From IMG/VR virus record IMGVR_UViG_3300036766_000889: a stretch of DNA of 64,000 nucleotides. One strand, given 5' to 3'. Below the pieces are notes generated by a model. It was not told where the DNA came from. It saw only the letters and a list, made by a program, of their open reading frames with translations, and did no database searches. The stretch is from a virus. The position numbers were made by a program, and so were the translations under genes. Below, in pieces: positions 10,251-19,401 of the stretch (its first letter is position 1; the number at the start of each line of letters is the position of its first letter).

Positions 10251-11225
10251 TCAAATAATGCTGGAAAGATTGGAGTTATTTTTTCGACGTTTTTGGCGAC
10301 GAGCAGCATCATATACCCTTGCTCGTTCAAGTTTGCACTTATAACATCCACGTTCGCTAAATGTTCCGGGTTTATCACTCAGTTGATGCCCACGTTTACA
10401 GTGGGTAGGAAGACATTTTAAACATATACGGCTACGTCCATTTTTAGAAAACTTAATATTCCCTCCAGAAAATTCATGACCATTCACACAGTAAGTTCTA
10501 GAATTATATTCTTTCTTAGAAACCCTATCACTCCGGCACTGTCTACAGTACCTCCACCCATTATCATCTATTTGAGTATTTTTAGGAGTAAACTCATGAC
10601 CGTTTACACAGTGAGTTTTAGACGCACGTTTTTGATTTGCAGTCTTGAAACCCTTCATGAATTTTGAAGATATGCCCGGGTCTTGATGAAGAGCGCGAAT
10701 AATCCCAGACATATGGATACGAGATTCTACGCTAGAAAACTGAGATGATGTTGCAGCGGATAATTTCGCACGAACTTCCGGACGAGAAAGAACCTCTCGA
10801 GAAGCTGCAGATTTGGCCGCTTGGTTAACCGGGTTTTCATACCATGTTTTCATGGAAGCTGAGACCTTCTCACGAAATCCAGGACGATCCCAAGGGTTAC
10901 TCTTAGGGTGTGGAATATGCTGTCCACCCCTCATTAAGTTAAACCCAAACTTTGGGTCTCGCGTACCCTCTTGTTCTATTATTTGTTCTTCGGTTGCATT
11001 TGCACCTTCAAGATCCCAGCTCATTGCCAGAACTTCATGCGAAAATGCATCTTTCCCGTACTTGCGGATCGCGTTTGCAAAATGCCAACGTCCGTCCTTC
11101 GAGTGATTTGATTTAGCTACATGTTCAGACCAACGCTTCTCCATCGTTTGGCTTGTAAGCCCAATGTAGCGCCGTCCAGTTTCAACATGCGTATGACAAT
11201 AGATGGTGTAATACTTCACCACCAT
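10251..11225 (-). CDS. GIY-YIG homing endonuclease with three C-terminal C-x-x-GH zinc-type motifs (likely start GTG 11219)
   Basis: YTIYCHTH..GRRYIGLT, conserved R, E and GFN; THCVNGHEF, YCVNGHEF, THCKRGH repeats. Confidence 0.9.
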   Translation of the reverse strand: MVVKYYTIYCHTHVETGRRYIGLTSQTMEKRWSEHVAKSNHSKDGRWHFANAIRKYGKDAFSHEVLAMSWDLEGANATEEQIIEQEGTRDPKFGFNLMRGGQHIPHPKSNPWDRPGFREKVSASMKTWYENPVNQAAKSAASREVLSRPEVRAKLSAATSSQFSSVESRIHMSGIIRALHQDPGISSKFMKGFKTANQKRASKTHCVNGHEFTPKNTQIDDNGWRYCRQCRSDRVSKKEYNSRTYCVNGHEFSGGNIKFSKNGRSRICLKCLPTHCKRGHQLSDKPGTFSERGCYKCKLERARVYDAARRQKRRKNNSNLSSII

Positions 11226-11892
11226 TAAGAGTCATAAAAAAGCTAAATGACAAACGCCAGACCCAAGACAAGGTACTCGTCGGTGGCTTGTTGATCACGG
11301 GAAAGGTTAGGTAGTTTATTAACGTATCTAACCCGACTAAATTTACTGTGGGGTCATATGCGCCATTCGAGGGAAGGACGGGGCTGCTAACATTCATATT
11401 TGTTGATATGTCACCCCCGATGAGACCCATCTCTGTTATAGGCCCAACGGCTTCTGATTCGGAGAAGACAGTTGTGATATCAATAACGGCTGTCGGAATC
11501 CCGGACACGGCCCCGTTACTGTCGATAAATGAAGAGGAAGCGACGGCTTTCCGTCCTATCTCGCTATATAACGAACGTTGAGTGGTAGTAGCCGGTGGCG
11601 GATTCTGGAGATTCCATCCGACATCGCCTGAACCTACTGCCAAAGCATAAACCCCAAAGTTAGGTTCTGAGACGTGCGGAGAAGCAGAGTTACGCATGAG
11701 ACGAGCAATGAGAATACTCGCGTCCATGGTTACCACATTCTTGAGGTGACCGTTCGTCTCCTCACCCGTTCGAACATCTCTAAGAGTCCAAAAGACTTCG
11801 CCGCGAAATCCACGGTATGAATCCGTGGCTTTCCCTTCAGCCGAAAGGCGTGGTGATTTATCCACTGTTTTTTGAAATTTATCGATTGGCAT
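11182..11892 (-). CDS. Tail-collar/baseplate-associated protein
   Basis: KNVVT..., LAVGSGD, LYSEIGRK, FSESEAVGPITEMGL, FPVINK...WRLSF pattern typical of tail-collar-like proteins; AGGAG SD. Confidence 0.7.
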   Translation of the reverse strand: MPIDKFQKTVDKSPRLSAEGKATDSYRGFRGEVFWTLRDVRTGEETNGHLKNVVTMDASILIARLMRNSASPHVSEPNFGVYALAVGSGDVGWNLQNPPPATTTQRSLYSEIGRKAVASSSFIDSNGAVSGIPTAVIDITTVFSESEAVGPITEMGLIGGDISTNMNVSSPVLPSNGAYDPTVNLVGLDTLINYLTFPVINKPPTSTLSWVWRLSFSFFMTLNGGEVLHHLLSYAC

Positions 11893-11916
11893 TTAATACT
11901 CTCCTGATGACTATAC

Positions 11917-12540
11917 TCAGTAAATAATCACGACACTCACGGGAGGACCTGTGGTGTCAGTCATGACCCCGATTGCGGACCTCTGGGTCGTTTTTAGGAA
12001 ACAAAACCCGGCATTAAGCACAGGTTCGTAACCAACGCTATATGCTGGAGGAAAAGGAGGTGGATCCAGAACAGTTCCGCCAGAAATGTACGCGTTTACA
12101 AAAGCCGAACCGCTGAGAGTGAACGTATTCGCACCAGTTGACAAGATTATCCATCCACCGTTTGCTTCAGTGGTTCCGATAATACCATCAATAAAAACCA
12201 AACTTCCACTCGACAAACCATGCGGTGCAGTGGTTGTTATTTCCACAAGACCGAAACCATCGTTCGCAGCACCAGAAACCGAAATTGTTACAATTCGAGG
12301 GGGTCCCCATAGCCATGGACGACGATTTGACCCAGGCGGTGGAGAGTATTTATCAGATGGGGTTGCTGTGACTGAGAATGACTTGATATCTATCTTATTA
12401 AGGCCAGGCTGCTGATTGAGCGATGGAGAAACAAACCCAATACCAGCGGCACTAGATAAGACTGAAGGTCCTCCCTCGCTAGTGAGAGATTTGATCGGAA
12501 CGAAACCAAGGGGTTGTCCAAGAGGGACTGGGTCTGCCAT
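11917..12540 (-). CDS. Hypothetical virion protein with one E1-FCCH-like module, 207 aa
   Basis: AGGTGA SD; SGAANDGFGLVEITTTAPHGLSSG module. Confidence 0.7.
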   Translation of the reverse strand: MADPVPLGQPLGFVPIKSLTSEGGPSVLSSAAGIGFVSPSLNQQPGLNKIDIKSFSVTATPSDKYSPPPGSNRRPWLWGPPRIVTISVSGAANDGFGLVEITTTAPHGLSSGSLVFIDGIIGTTEANGGWIILSTGANTFTLSGSAFVNAYISGGTVLDPPPFPPAYSVGYEPVLNAGFCFLKTTQRSAIGVMTDTTGPPVSVVIIY

Positions 12541-12547
12541 ATATATT

Positions 12548-13387
12548 TCACCTGATTAGGCTCTTACCATTAGCGCAAATACTAACGGGATGATGCATCA
12601 TTTGTTTTTTGGCAGTTTTCGAAATTTTTTGCTTTAAAAAGAGATATCTTGTTTGAGCTTTTGAAAGCTTTGCACGATACTCAGGACTGTACTCACGTAG
12701 TTTATTAGACTCAGTAACAAGAGCCATTTTTGCTATGACTTCCGGTCTAGAATGAACTTCTTTAGATATTATTGATTTCTTAGCTCTAAATTCTGGCGTA
12801 TTATACACAGTTTTCTGAGACGCAATGCACTTTGCTCTAAATACTGGGTCAAGCCATAATTTTTTTGATCGTAAAGATGCTTTTTCTTTAACCTCATGTC
12901 GTGACTGAACTTCTTTTGAAGAGACTGATCTTTTTAACTTAGATTCCGGTGTATTGAGTCCTGCCTTCGCAGCAGCTACATTTTTAGCTCGAATAACCGG
13001 GTCTTGCCAGCGCGTTTTTGACGCCAGCGCCGCCTTGGCACGATACTCAGGGTTATTCCAAGGGTTTTTTATTGGATGCGGAACGTGCTTTCCACCAGGT
13101 GCTAAATTAAAACCGTATTTCGGATCACGAGTCTTCCATCGCTTGATCAGGCATTTTTCTGCTAAATTCGCATCATCGAGTGATTCAAAGACTCGAATCA
13201 CTCGATGTTCAAAAGCTTCAGGACTATATAGACGGATTGCATTCGGGAAATGCCATCGTCCGCCCTTGGAATTCTTGGCATGAGAGACATGTGTCTTCCA
13301 TCGGGCAAGCATTGTTTGACTAGTCAACCCAATATAACGACGTCCAGATTCAGCATGAGTGTGACAGTAAACGGTCCAACGTTTCAT
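12548..13387 (-). CDS. GIY-YIG homing endonuclease with basic helical repeats
   Basis: WTVYCHTH..GRRYIGLT; ~15-aa NTPE/W.DP repeats (NUMOD3-like). Confidence 0.9.
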   Translation of the reverse strand: MKRWTVYCHTHAESGRRYIGLTSQTMLARWKTHVSHAKNSKGGRWHFPNAIRLYSPEAFEHRVIRVFESLDDANLAEKCLIKRWKTRDPKYGFNLAPGGKHVPHPIKNPWNNPEYRAKAALASKTRWQDPVIRAKNVAAAKAGLNTPESKLKRSVSSKEVQSRHEVKEKASLRSKKLWLDPVFRAKCIASQKTVYNTPEFRAKKSIISKEVHSRPEVIAKMALVTESNKLREYSPEYRAKLSKAQTRYLFLKQKISKTAKKQMMHHPVSICANGKSLIR

Positions 13388-13401
13388 ACCAAAATGGTGT
13401 C

Positions 13402-13409
13402 ATAAAAAG
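13402..13409 (-). promoter_or_regulatory. Candidate phage late-promoter motif CTTTTTAT (representative copy)
   Basis: Related 8-mers sit 14-17 nt before ten starts: 4097, 10199, 11234, 13402, 19387, 24879, 29178, 43568, 50883, 51515. Confidence 0.6.
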
Positions 13410-13410
13410 A

Positions 13411-16400
13411 CTAACTGACAATTACCAAACTCACAGCATCTCGAGCAGCGTCTCGCACGATCTTGTATTCATGAAAATTACCATCACCCCAATCGAAAGG
13501 AACCCGATATATGACGGTTCCGTACGGAATGCCTTGTGATGAGTCAGCTGCTGCGAGGTTTTGTAGTTTAACGAATCTGGTCCCGGAAATTTCTTCAAAC
13601 CCAATGCCGATCATGAATCCACGATCAACAGCACCACTTACACCAGCGTATATGCCAGTGTCACCATTCAAATCCGTTACTGTCGGCATGACAATACGGA
13701 CGGCAAAATTAACTTCAAAGTCGAATGATGGTGAGTTTGGAAGACCAGTTGATGTTTTGTAAATAGTATCAATGTTGTTTGATTCGTATCTCAAAGCAGT
13801 TATCGGTCCAACCGATACGAGAGATACCTGTACGTTTGGATCACTCCCATTAGTGAGAGTCCAAGTCGTCATTCCAGGAACTTCGAGACCAAGGGAAGTC
13901 GAACCGTAACCAGACACAGAGATAGACGACCCAGGTCCAGAAGACGGACTTACAACAACAATTCTTCCGTCTCCAACATCAAAACATATATCACCAGTAA
14001 AATATGAATTGATTCTTGCGACAACAAGAGCAACGGTCGTATCTGTTGGCTGGAATTGGACGTCAGTTTGAACTCCATCAACTGTTATGAATAGTATACC
14101 GTCTCCGAGTATCGTGAACGGTTCTTGATTCGACCCAGTTAACTGAGCTTGTTCCGGAAATGCTCTTCCTGTAATACCAACGCCATGTGGCGTTGTCATC
14201 AGTATTCCACTCATGTGAAGTGTTTCATCATCCGAAAACGGAGAAACAAGACCTGTTTCTCCATCAGGCTGAGTGAAAAATTTCATACTTTCATACAAAA
14301 CTCTGTCCGGGGGGTCAAGCCTAATGAAAACGGAGCTTCCATGAGAACCAGGGTTGGTTAAATGCGCTGAATATTTATTCCACTCATCAAAACATAAGTT
14401 CAGAAAGTCGTCGAAATTCGATATAACAATGGTAGAAATCGAGTTAGTAACATCGTGAATCGTATGTACATGAGAACCAGAGTCTCCAACAGTAGCCACT
14501 CTGTGTTTGTCATATTTAGCCCTAAACGATTCGGAGATTAAAACGGCACTAGGGACATCAACCGCGTCATCAACCACAATCAAACGACCCGGGTCATTGT
14601 TAAGATGAACCCTATACTGATTAGTATGTGAATTATATTTATTTTTCAGATCATTAGTGAAAGCCATCGCGTTTACCGTCGATGGATTGTCTATTGAACC
14701 GACAATGGCATTGTTTGGAGCGAAGTGAACGTCGTCAACACCAAAATTCCATCTAACAAGATGCCGGTTAATATACGTGAAAAGGTCAAGAGCGAGTTGA
14801 TATGCTGTTTGTCCGTCCGTCGCCGGAGCAGACCAAAACGAGTCATATGTATCATTCAAAGTGTGAATTGTCGGTTGTACGACGTGAGCGTTATATGCAG
14901 AAAGTAAGCCATTCAAGATTAGAATGGAAGAAGGTAAATCTGTAGCTGGGGGAAGATTCACCTGATTAAAAGTGTCAGGGGATAAATGAACAGGAATGAA
15001 AGAAGAACCGGCAAATCCAGATGCGGTGAGGTGTAAGTTATAATCATTAACAAGAGAGTTCGTAAGAACAATCAGTTGTTGAATAAATGGTAAAACCTCA
15101 AGTTTATTGACGGTATCATCTTCAAGTTCTGACACAAATCCGGGAGAATTAACAAAGTCAGCAGAAGGTATAGATTCAACAGAAACATCTACTTTTACTA
15201 AACCACCGCGTGAATCAAGATCCTGAGTCATTGGAACTGGTGGAGTACCTTCACCGAGAACGGTAAAAGCAGGGTCCATGCCAGCCATGTTGTCATCACT
15301 TGGTGTTCCACCAGACCAGACACCAAAACCGAAGTGCTCGTGTTTGTTCTTGGTAAGAAGATGATCAGGAGAAGTTACCGCATTCCCATAATTCGTTACT
15401 TGATGGCTTGGAATTCTTCTTTCCGTTAAAGTGATCTTTCCAATTGAATATGAAATTTCACCCCATACGGTTCTATCAATTTCAAACGGATTGAAGCTTC
15501 CGAAGGCCACGGAATTTCTAGAGTTCGTGATTTCTTTAAGAAAACTACTATCGGACGGAGGAAGCGTGAGAGAATTATAGTTTACCGATATGGAAGGAAT
15601 TATTCCACCGTCCACGTAAACAGATACGAAACCTATCGGGTCTCTGACAATTCTATAAGTGTGAGTCTGAGTCCAGTCTATCTGGTGTAGATAATATGAA
15701 CTAAAAAACGATGGGTCTCCTCCCTTATATAAACCAATATATCTACGTGAAATTGCTAACGGGTCTGAAATTTTTGAATCACGGAATACACAAACAGAAG
15801 ACCAATCAACAATTGACTGCGAAGAAAGCAGATCAGCATTTGCTACAGGTTCACTACCAGATCCAAACGTAATTGCCGGACCAGCAACACCGGTCTTAAG
15901 AACCGAATAAGCAAAAGTTCCTACAGGAGTATTATCAGCTAAAACAATGCAAAGATTTGCAATTTTAGAAGTGTAAATGTCGTAAGAATGAGGCTTCCCG
16001 TCATTCCATGCAAATGGCATTTCCGCGATAGAAACCAAGACACTCGTTCCAAAATCGAAACTAAGTATGTTTATATACTGTTGACCGATGGAATCCTGTG
16101 CGAGATGAAGTTCAACGTTTTTACCAAGTGGACCTTCATCGACATTTATGAGAACACCACACGGTCTTAAACTAGACCCTGCTGCTATCGGATACCCTGG
16201 AGTGCAAGAAATAACAGCACACCGAAAATCAAACTTCCAGTCTGCTGATGGACTAAGAATATCGTTAAGGAATAACGGGTCAACAAAGCTATACGCTCTG
16301 TAGTCAACGTTGCTCGAGTCAGTTATCCGTAAAGTTCTGCCGAAAAGTCTCGCGGACTGCGTACCGGACATGTTCCATGGAGAAACCTCAAGTTCTGGAT

Positions 16401-19371
16401 AATTTTCTCCAAACCATGAAACTCTCGGTTCAGGATTTGAGTCGCGTCCGAAATAAGTTCCAACTTGAATGCCAAGCTTTTCAACGGCGTGACCACCGAT
16501 GACCTGAATAGACGATTCAACACCAAGAGATTTGTTCGTAAATTTGACTTTTCCATCTACGGCAGATGCCATGGCAAATGGCAACTGAGAATTGATTATA
16601 TTTGATATCGTTACAGCGTCAGTGATAGAGTATGTGAATGATAGAGTTTGTGGTAAACCGCCATCGATGGATAAAATCATAGTGTCACCTGACACTATAG
16701 GGAAAGGCTCAGTTAAAATACCGGTAACAGTCGAAGGTGTTGGGACTCCTTGTATAAATACAAGGTGAACGGAAAGTTCTCCGTCATCGAGAAATACACC
16801 AGATGCTCTATTGTCTAAAGAAAATGTGTAAAATCCAACGCTAGCGGTAAACTCAATGGAACTAGAAGTCGTATTTTGTAAGATCGGTTCTAGTCGGATG
16901 AATCCACGATAAGCACCGGTCGATAAACCAAGAGAGTCCTCTGTCCCGACCGGAGCGCTTGATGTCGAATCCAGAATGAGTTTTCCAGAAACAACCCTGT
17001 CGTAACCACCTTGTCCTATTGTTATCCACGGAGCAAAAGGATCTTTCTCCGGAACATCGATAGGTTCATATACGACTGATTTGTTATCTATAACTTGATC
17101 GAAGTCAAGTGGCGTTACATTTACCCGTACGAAATTCCAGAAGCTAATAGAGGAAGCTTGTCTTGATAATGAACCAAAGAAAGCTTGCTGAACCTGGTCT
17201 ATCCTAAGGTCAACATCAGAAGCTGCCGGGAGAGAGTTTATCTTGATAGAAGCAAGCGGTACGGGGTCACCACCAGCATAGAGAGATACGACATCGTCAT
17301 TTTTGTAAAGTCTGTACGTGGAAGTTATGGTCCAATCAAATGCGGATCCGACCCAACTTGTTTCGAGTTCCGGAAACTGAGCCTTTATGAGTATTCCAAC
17401 TTGTCTGACAGGACCAACTACGTTAACCGTGTCTTCAACATAGTGAACGCCCGGTTGCACTCTGTGAGCATTGAAGCTGTCTGACAGTATGTTGATTAAT
17501 GATATAGCGGTTTCAGGACTTGATGCATCAGGTTCGTACACAACATCAAAAACATCGGCAATGAGATGGACGACTCCATCTCCAAGAGTTCCTCTATTAA
17601 TGTGTTGATTAAACAGAAACTTCAGTCTGTTTGTAAGAATTATTAAAGACGTTTCATCTGTAGCCGACACGACATCAACGGAATCCTGAGGAGAGTTTGG
17701 TCTATGCACACCCGTAGTAATTAGGTGAGCGTTAAACTTCTCCATGAGCGTGTTAGCTCGTGACATGGCTGATGACAGGTTGTTAGCTGTCGTTTCAAGA
17801 AGACCAGCCAAAGCAAGAGTATAACCGTCAGTGAACCCAAACCCAGGACCAACCACAACACCGTCGTTGTGTATTCCAGCAGTAACAAGTGAGCCAGCAG
17901 TAAAACCTAACCCGGAACCAAACGATAAGTCATCACTTTGACTTGATTGCGCACTCATGCGGAAAGCCGCAGAAACTGTGCTAGGAAACCCAAGATTAAG
18001 AGGATACGTATAAAACGGAGGATTACTGTATGGACCGGATTGGACGTCAATATCTGCAAGTGTGAGTTGAGAACCCCCAGGCTCGAGAAATACGACACCA
18101 GATCCCTTCGACACCCACGGGTCAGTTGACATATCCGGAAGTGTCGTCGGGTCGTATCTTACAGTAGTTTCCTCAACAGTCGTTTCAAATACTGGGTATG
18201 CAACTCGGTTACCCGGCACATTGAGAAGGAGCGTGTTTGGATCGTTCAAAACAGCGGTATAAACTCTCTCGAGACCTTTGTACTTCCAGCCAACTTTTAG
18301 TGGTTGAAATGGAGCACCAATTGTCCCATCATATGAAGTCGGATCTAAAAGGAAAGATCTGGCTCTATAAGTGTGGCCAGGAAGGCCGACAACGCCATTG
18401 TTACCGCACTCATTCAAGACGAATTCAGGAGTGTTAAGACGTTCAAATCTCGTTGGAGGATTGGAAAGATAACTATAATCGACCGTGATCACATCACCGT
18501 GGACCGGTTCATCAGTAAGAACTATAGCCCCGAGTAAACCAAATACAACGTCAACTGAAACTGGGATTCCGTTAGAGTAGTTCGTGCCGACTCGTACTAC
18601 AACATCTGAAGGATCGTCAGCTACCTGATCGGTTCTAGGGTCTTGTATGATCCACGCAAATGGCCCGATCAAAGGCCCGCTCCCCACGATTGATTCCGTT
18701 TCGGGAGTTGTTATACGACTATCTTTATCCCTTGACAGATGAACGATATCATCCTGTCTGTGGAGCTCCATTTTTCTGCGAAGGTCATTCGCCAGGAGCA
18801 TTGCTGACGGTAGGTTATAAGCTTCACTAGCTTGTGGTAGGTCTTTCAGGTCAGGTTCAATATGGACGGGACCGCCAATACTAAACACAGTGTTTAAGTG
18901 GTTTGAGAAAGCACTCAAGAGACCATTCAACAAAATTGTGGCCGATGTTATGTCAACAACAAATCCTGCGTTTGCGTTATTAACTATGTCTTGGTTGACA
19001 TGAGATATCGAGACTTTATGTTGGTTATACCTATACTGTAATTCATTTGACAAAGCCATGAGGGTATCAAGCGTAGCTTGCTCATCGGCCCAGTCAAAAC
19101 TAGCATTGTCAAGTTCAACAGTGGAACTCGACATGACTTTCGATATGTAAAATGTTCCATCATTTCTCCCGGATGGAGAACCGGAGATCACGAGTTGTTT
19201 GCCAACATGCGATTGTGAGAAAGGCATGGATGACACTGAAACCGACCTCGGACCAGTTATCAATAAATCAGCCCCTCCGACTAGCTGGATCGGTTTCTTG
19301 ACTATAGGTCCCCTATGCGTGAACAAAGTTCGATCCGCAGCAGACCCAAGTCCCGTGAAAAATACTGTCAT
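13411..19371 (-). CDS. Giant virion protein, 1986 aa, with 12 His-helix repeats and ~4 lectin/LamG-like beta-sandwich repeats
   Basis: N.L...(F/Y)N.H-x(5-14)-H...D repeats; FDW..STYRL, FAWNDGKPHSY, IDWTQTHTYRIVRD, FDWGDGNFHEYKIVRD. Confidence 0.75.
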   Translation of the reverse strand: MTVFFTGLGSAADRTLFTHRGPIVKKPIQLVGGADLLITGPRSVSVSSMPFSQSHVGKQLVISGSPSGRNDGTFYISKVMSSSTVELDNASFDWADEQATLDTLMALSNELQYRYNQHKVSISHVNQDIVNNANAGFVVDITSATILLNGLLSAFSNHLNTVFSIGGPVHIEPDLKDLPQASEAYNLPSAMLLANDLRRKMELHRQDDIVHLSRDKDSRITTPETESIVGSGPLIGPFAWIIQDPRTDQVADDPSDVVVRVGTNYSNGIPVSVDVVFGLLGAIVLTDEPVHGDVITVDYSYLSNPPTRFERLNTPEFVLNECGNNGVVGLPGHTYRARSFLLDPTSYDGTIGAPFQPLKVGWKYKGLERVYTAVLNDPNTLLLNVPGNRVAYPVFETTVEETTVRYDPTTLPDMSTDPWVSKGSGVVFLEPGGSQLTLADIDVQSGPYSNPPFYTYPLNLGFPSTVSAAFRMSAQSSQSDDLSFGSGLGFTAGSLVTAGIHNDGVVVGPGFGFTDGYTLALAGLLETTANNLSSAMSRANTLMEKFNAHLITTGVHRPNSPQDSVDVVSATDETSLIILTNRLKFLFNQHINRGTLGDGVVHLIADVFDVVYEPDASSPETAISLINILSDSFNAHRVQPGVHYVEDTVNVVGPVRQVGILIKAQFPELETSWVGSAFDWTITSTYRLYKNDDVVSLYAGGDPVPLASIKINSLPAASDVDLRIDQVQQAFFGSLSRQASSISFWNFVRVNVTPLDFDQVIDNKSVVYEPIDVPEKDPFAPWITIGQGGYDRVVSGKLILDSTSSAPVGTEDSLGLSTGAYRGFIRLEPILQNTTSSSIEFTASVGFYTFSLDNRASGVFLDDGELSVHLVFIQGVPTPSTVTGILTEPFPIVSGDTMILSIDGGLPQTLSFTYSITDAVTISNIINSQLPFAMASAVDGKVKFTNKSLGVESSIQVIGGHAVEKLGIQVGTYFGRDSNPEPRVSWFGENYPELEVSPWNMSGTQSARLFGRTLRITDSSNVDYRAYSFVDPLFLNDILSPSADWKFDFRCAVISCTPGYPIAAGSSLRPCGVLINVDEGPLGKNVELHLAQDSIGQQYINILSFDFGTSVLVSIAEMPFAWNDGKPHSYDIYTSKIANLCIVLADNTPVGTFAYSVLKTGVAGPAITFGSGSEPVANADLLSSQSIVDWSSVCVFRDSKISDPLAISRRYIGLYKGGDPSFFSSYYLHQIDWTQTHTYRIVRDPIGFVSVYVDGGIIPSISVNYNSLTLPPSDSSFLKEITNSRNSVAFGSFNPFEIDRTVWGEISYSIGKITLTERRIPSHQVTNYGNAVTSPDHLLTKNKHEHFGFGVWSGGTPSDDNMAGMDPAFTVLGEGTPPVPMTQDLDSRGGLVKVDVSVESIPSADFVNSPGFVSELEDDTVNKLEVLPFIQQLIVLTNSLVNDYNLHLTASGFAGSSFIPVHLSPDTFNQVNLPPATDLPSSILILNGLLSAYNAHVVQPTIHTLNDTYDSFWSAPATDGQTAYQLALDLFTYINRHLVRWNFGVDDVHFAPNNAIVGSIDNPSTVNAMAFTNDLKNKYNSHTNQYRVHLNNDPGRLIVVDDAVDVPSAVLISESFRAKYDKHRVATVGDSGSHVHTIHDVTNSISTIVISNFDDFLNLCFDEWNKYSAHLTNPGSHGSSVFIRLDPPDRVLYESMKFFTQPDGETGLVSPFSDDETLHMSGILMTTPHGVGITGRAFPEQAQLTGSNQEPFTILGDGILFITVDGVQTDVQFQPTDTTVALVVARINSYFTGDICFDVGDGRIVVVSPSSGPGSSISVSGYGSTSLGLEVPGMTTWTLTNGSDPNVQVSLVSVGPITALRYESNNIDTIYKTSTGLPNSPSFDFEVNFAVRIVMPTVTDLNGDTGIYAGVSGAVDRGFMIGIGFEEISGTRFVKLQNLAAADSSQGIPYGTVIYRVPFDWGDGNFHEYKIVRDAARDAVSLVIVS

Positions 19372-19401
19372 CGTTTACGCTGTTCAATAGAGAGTCTGAA
19401 T

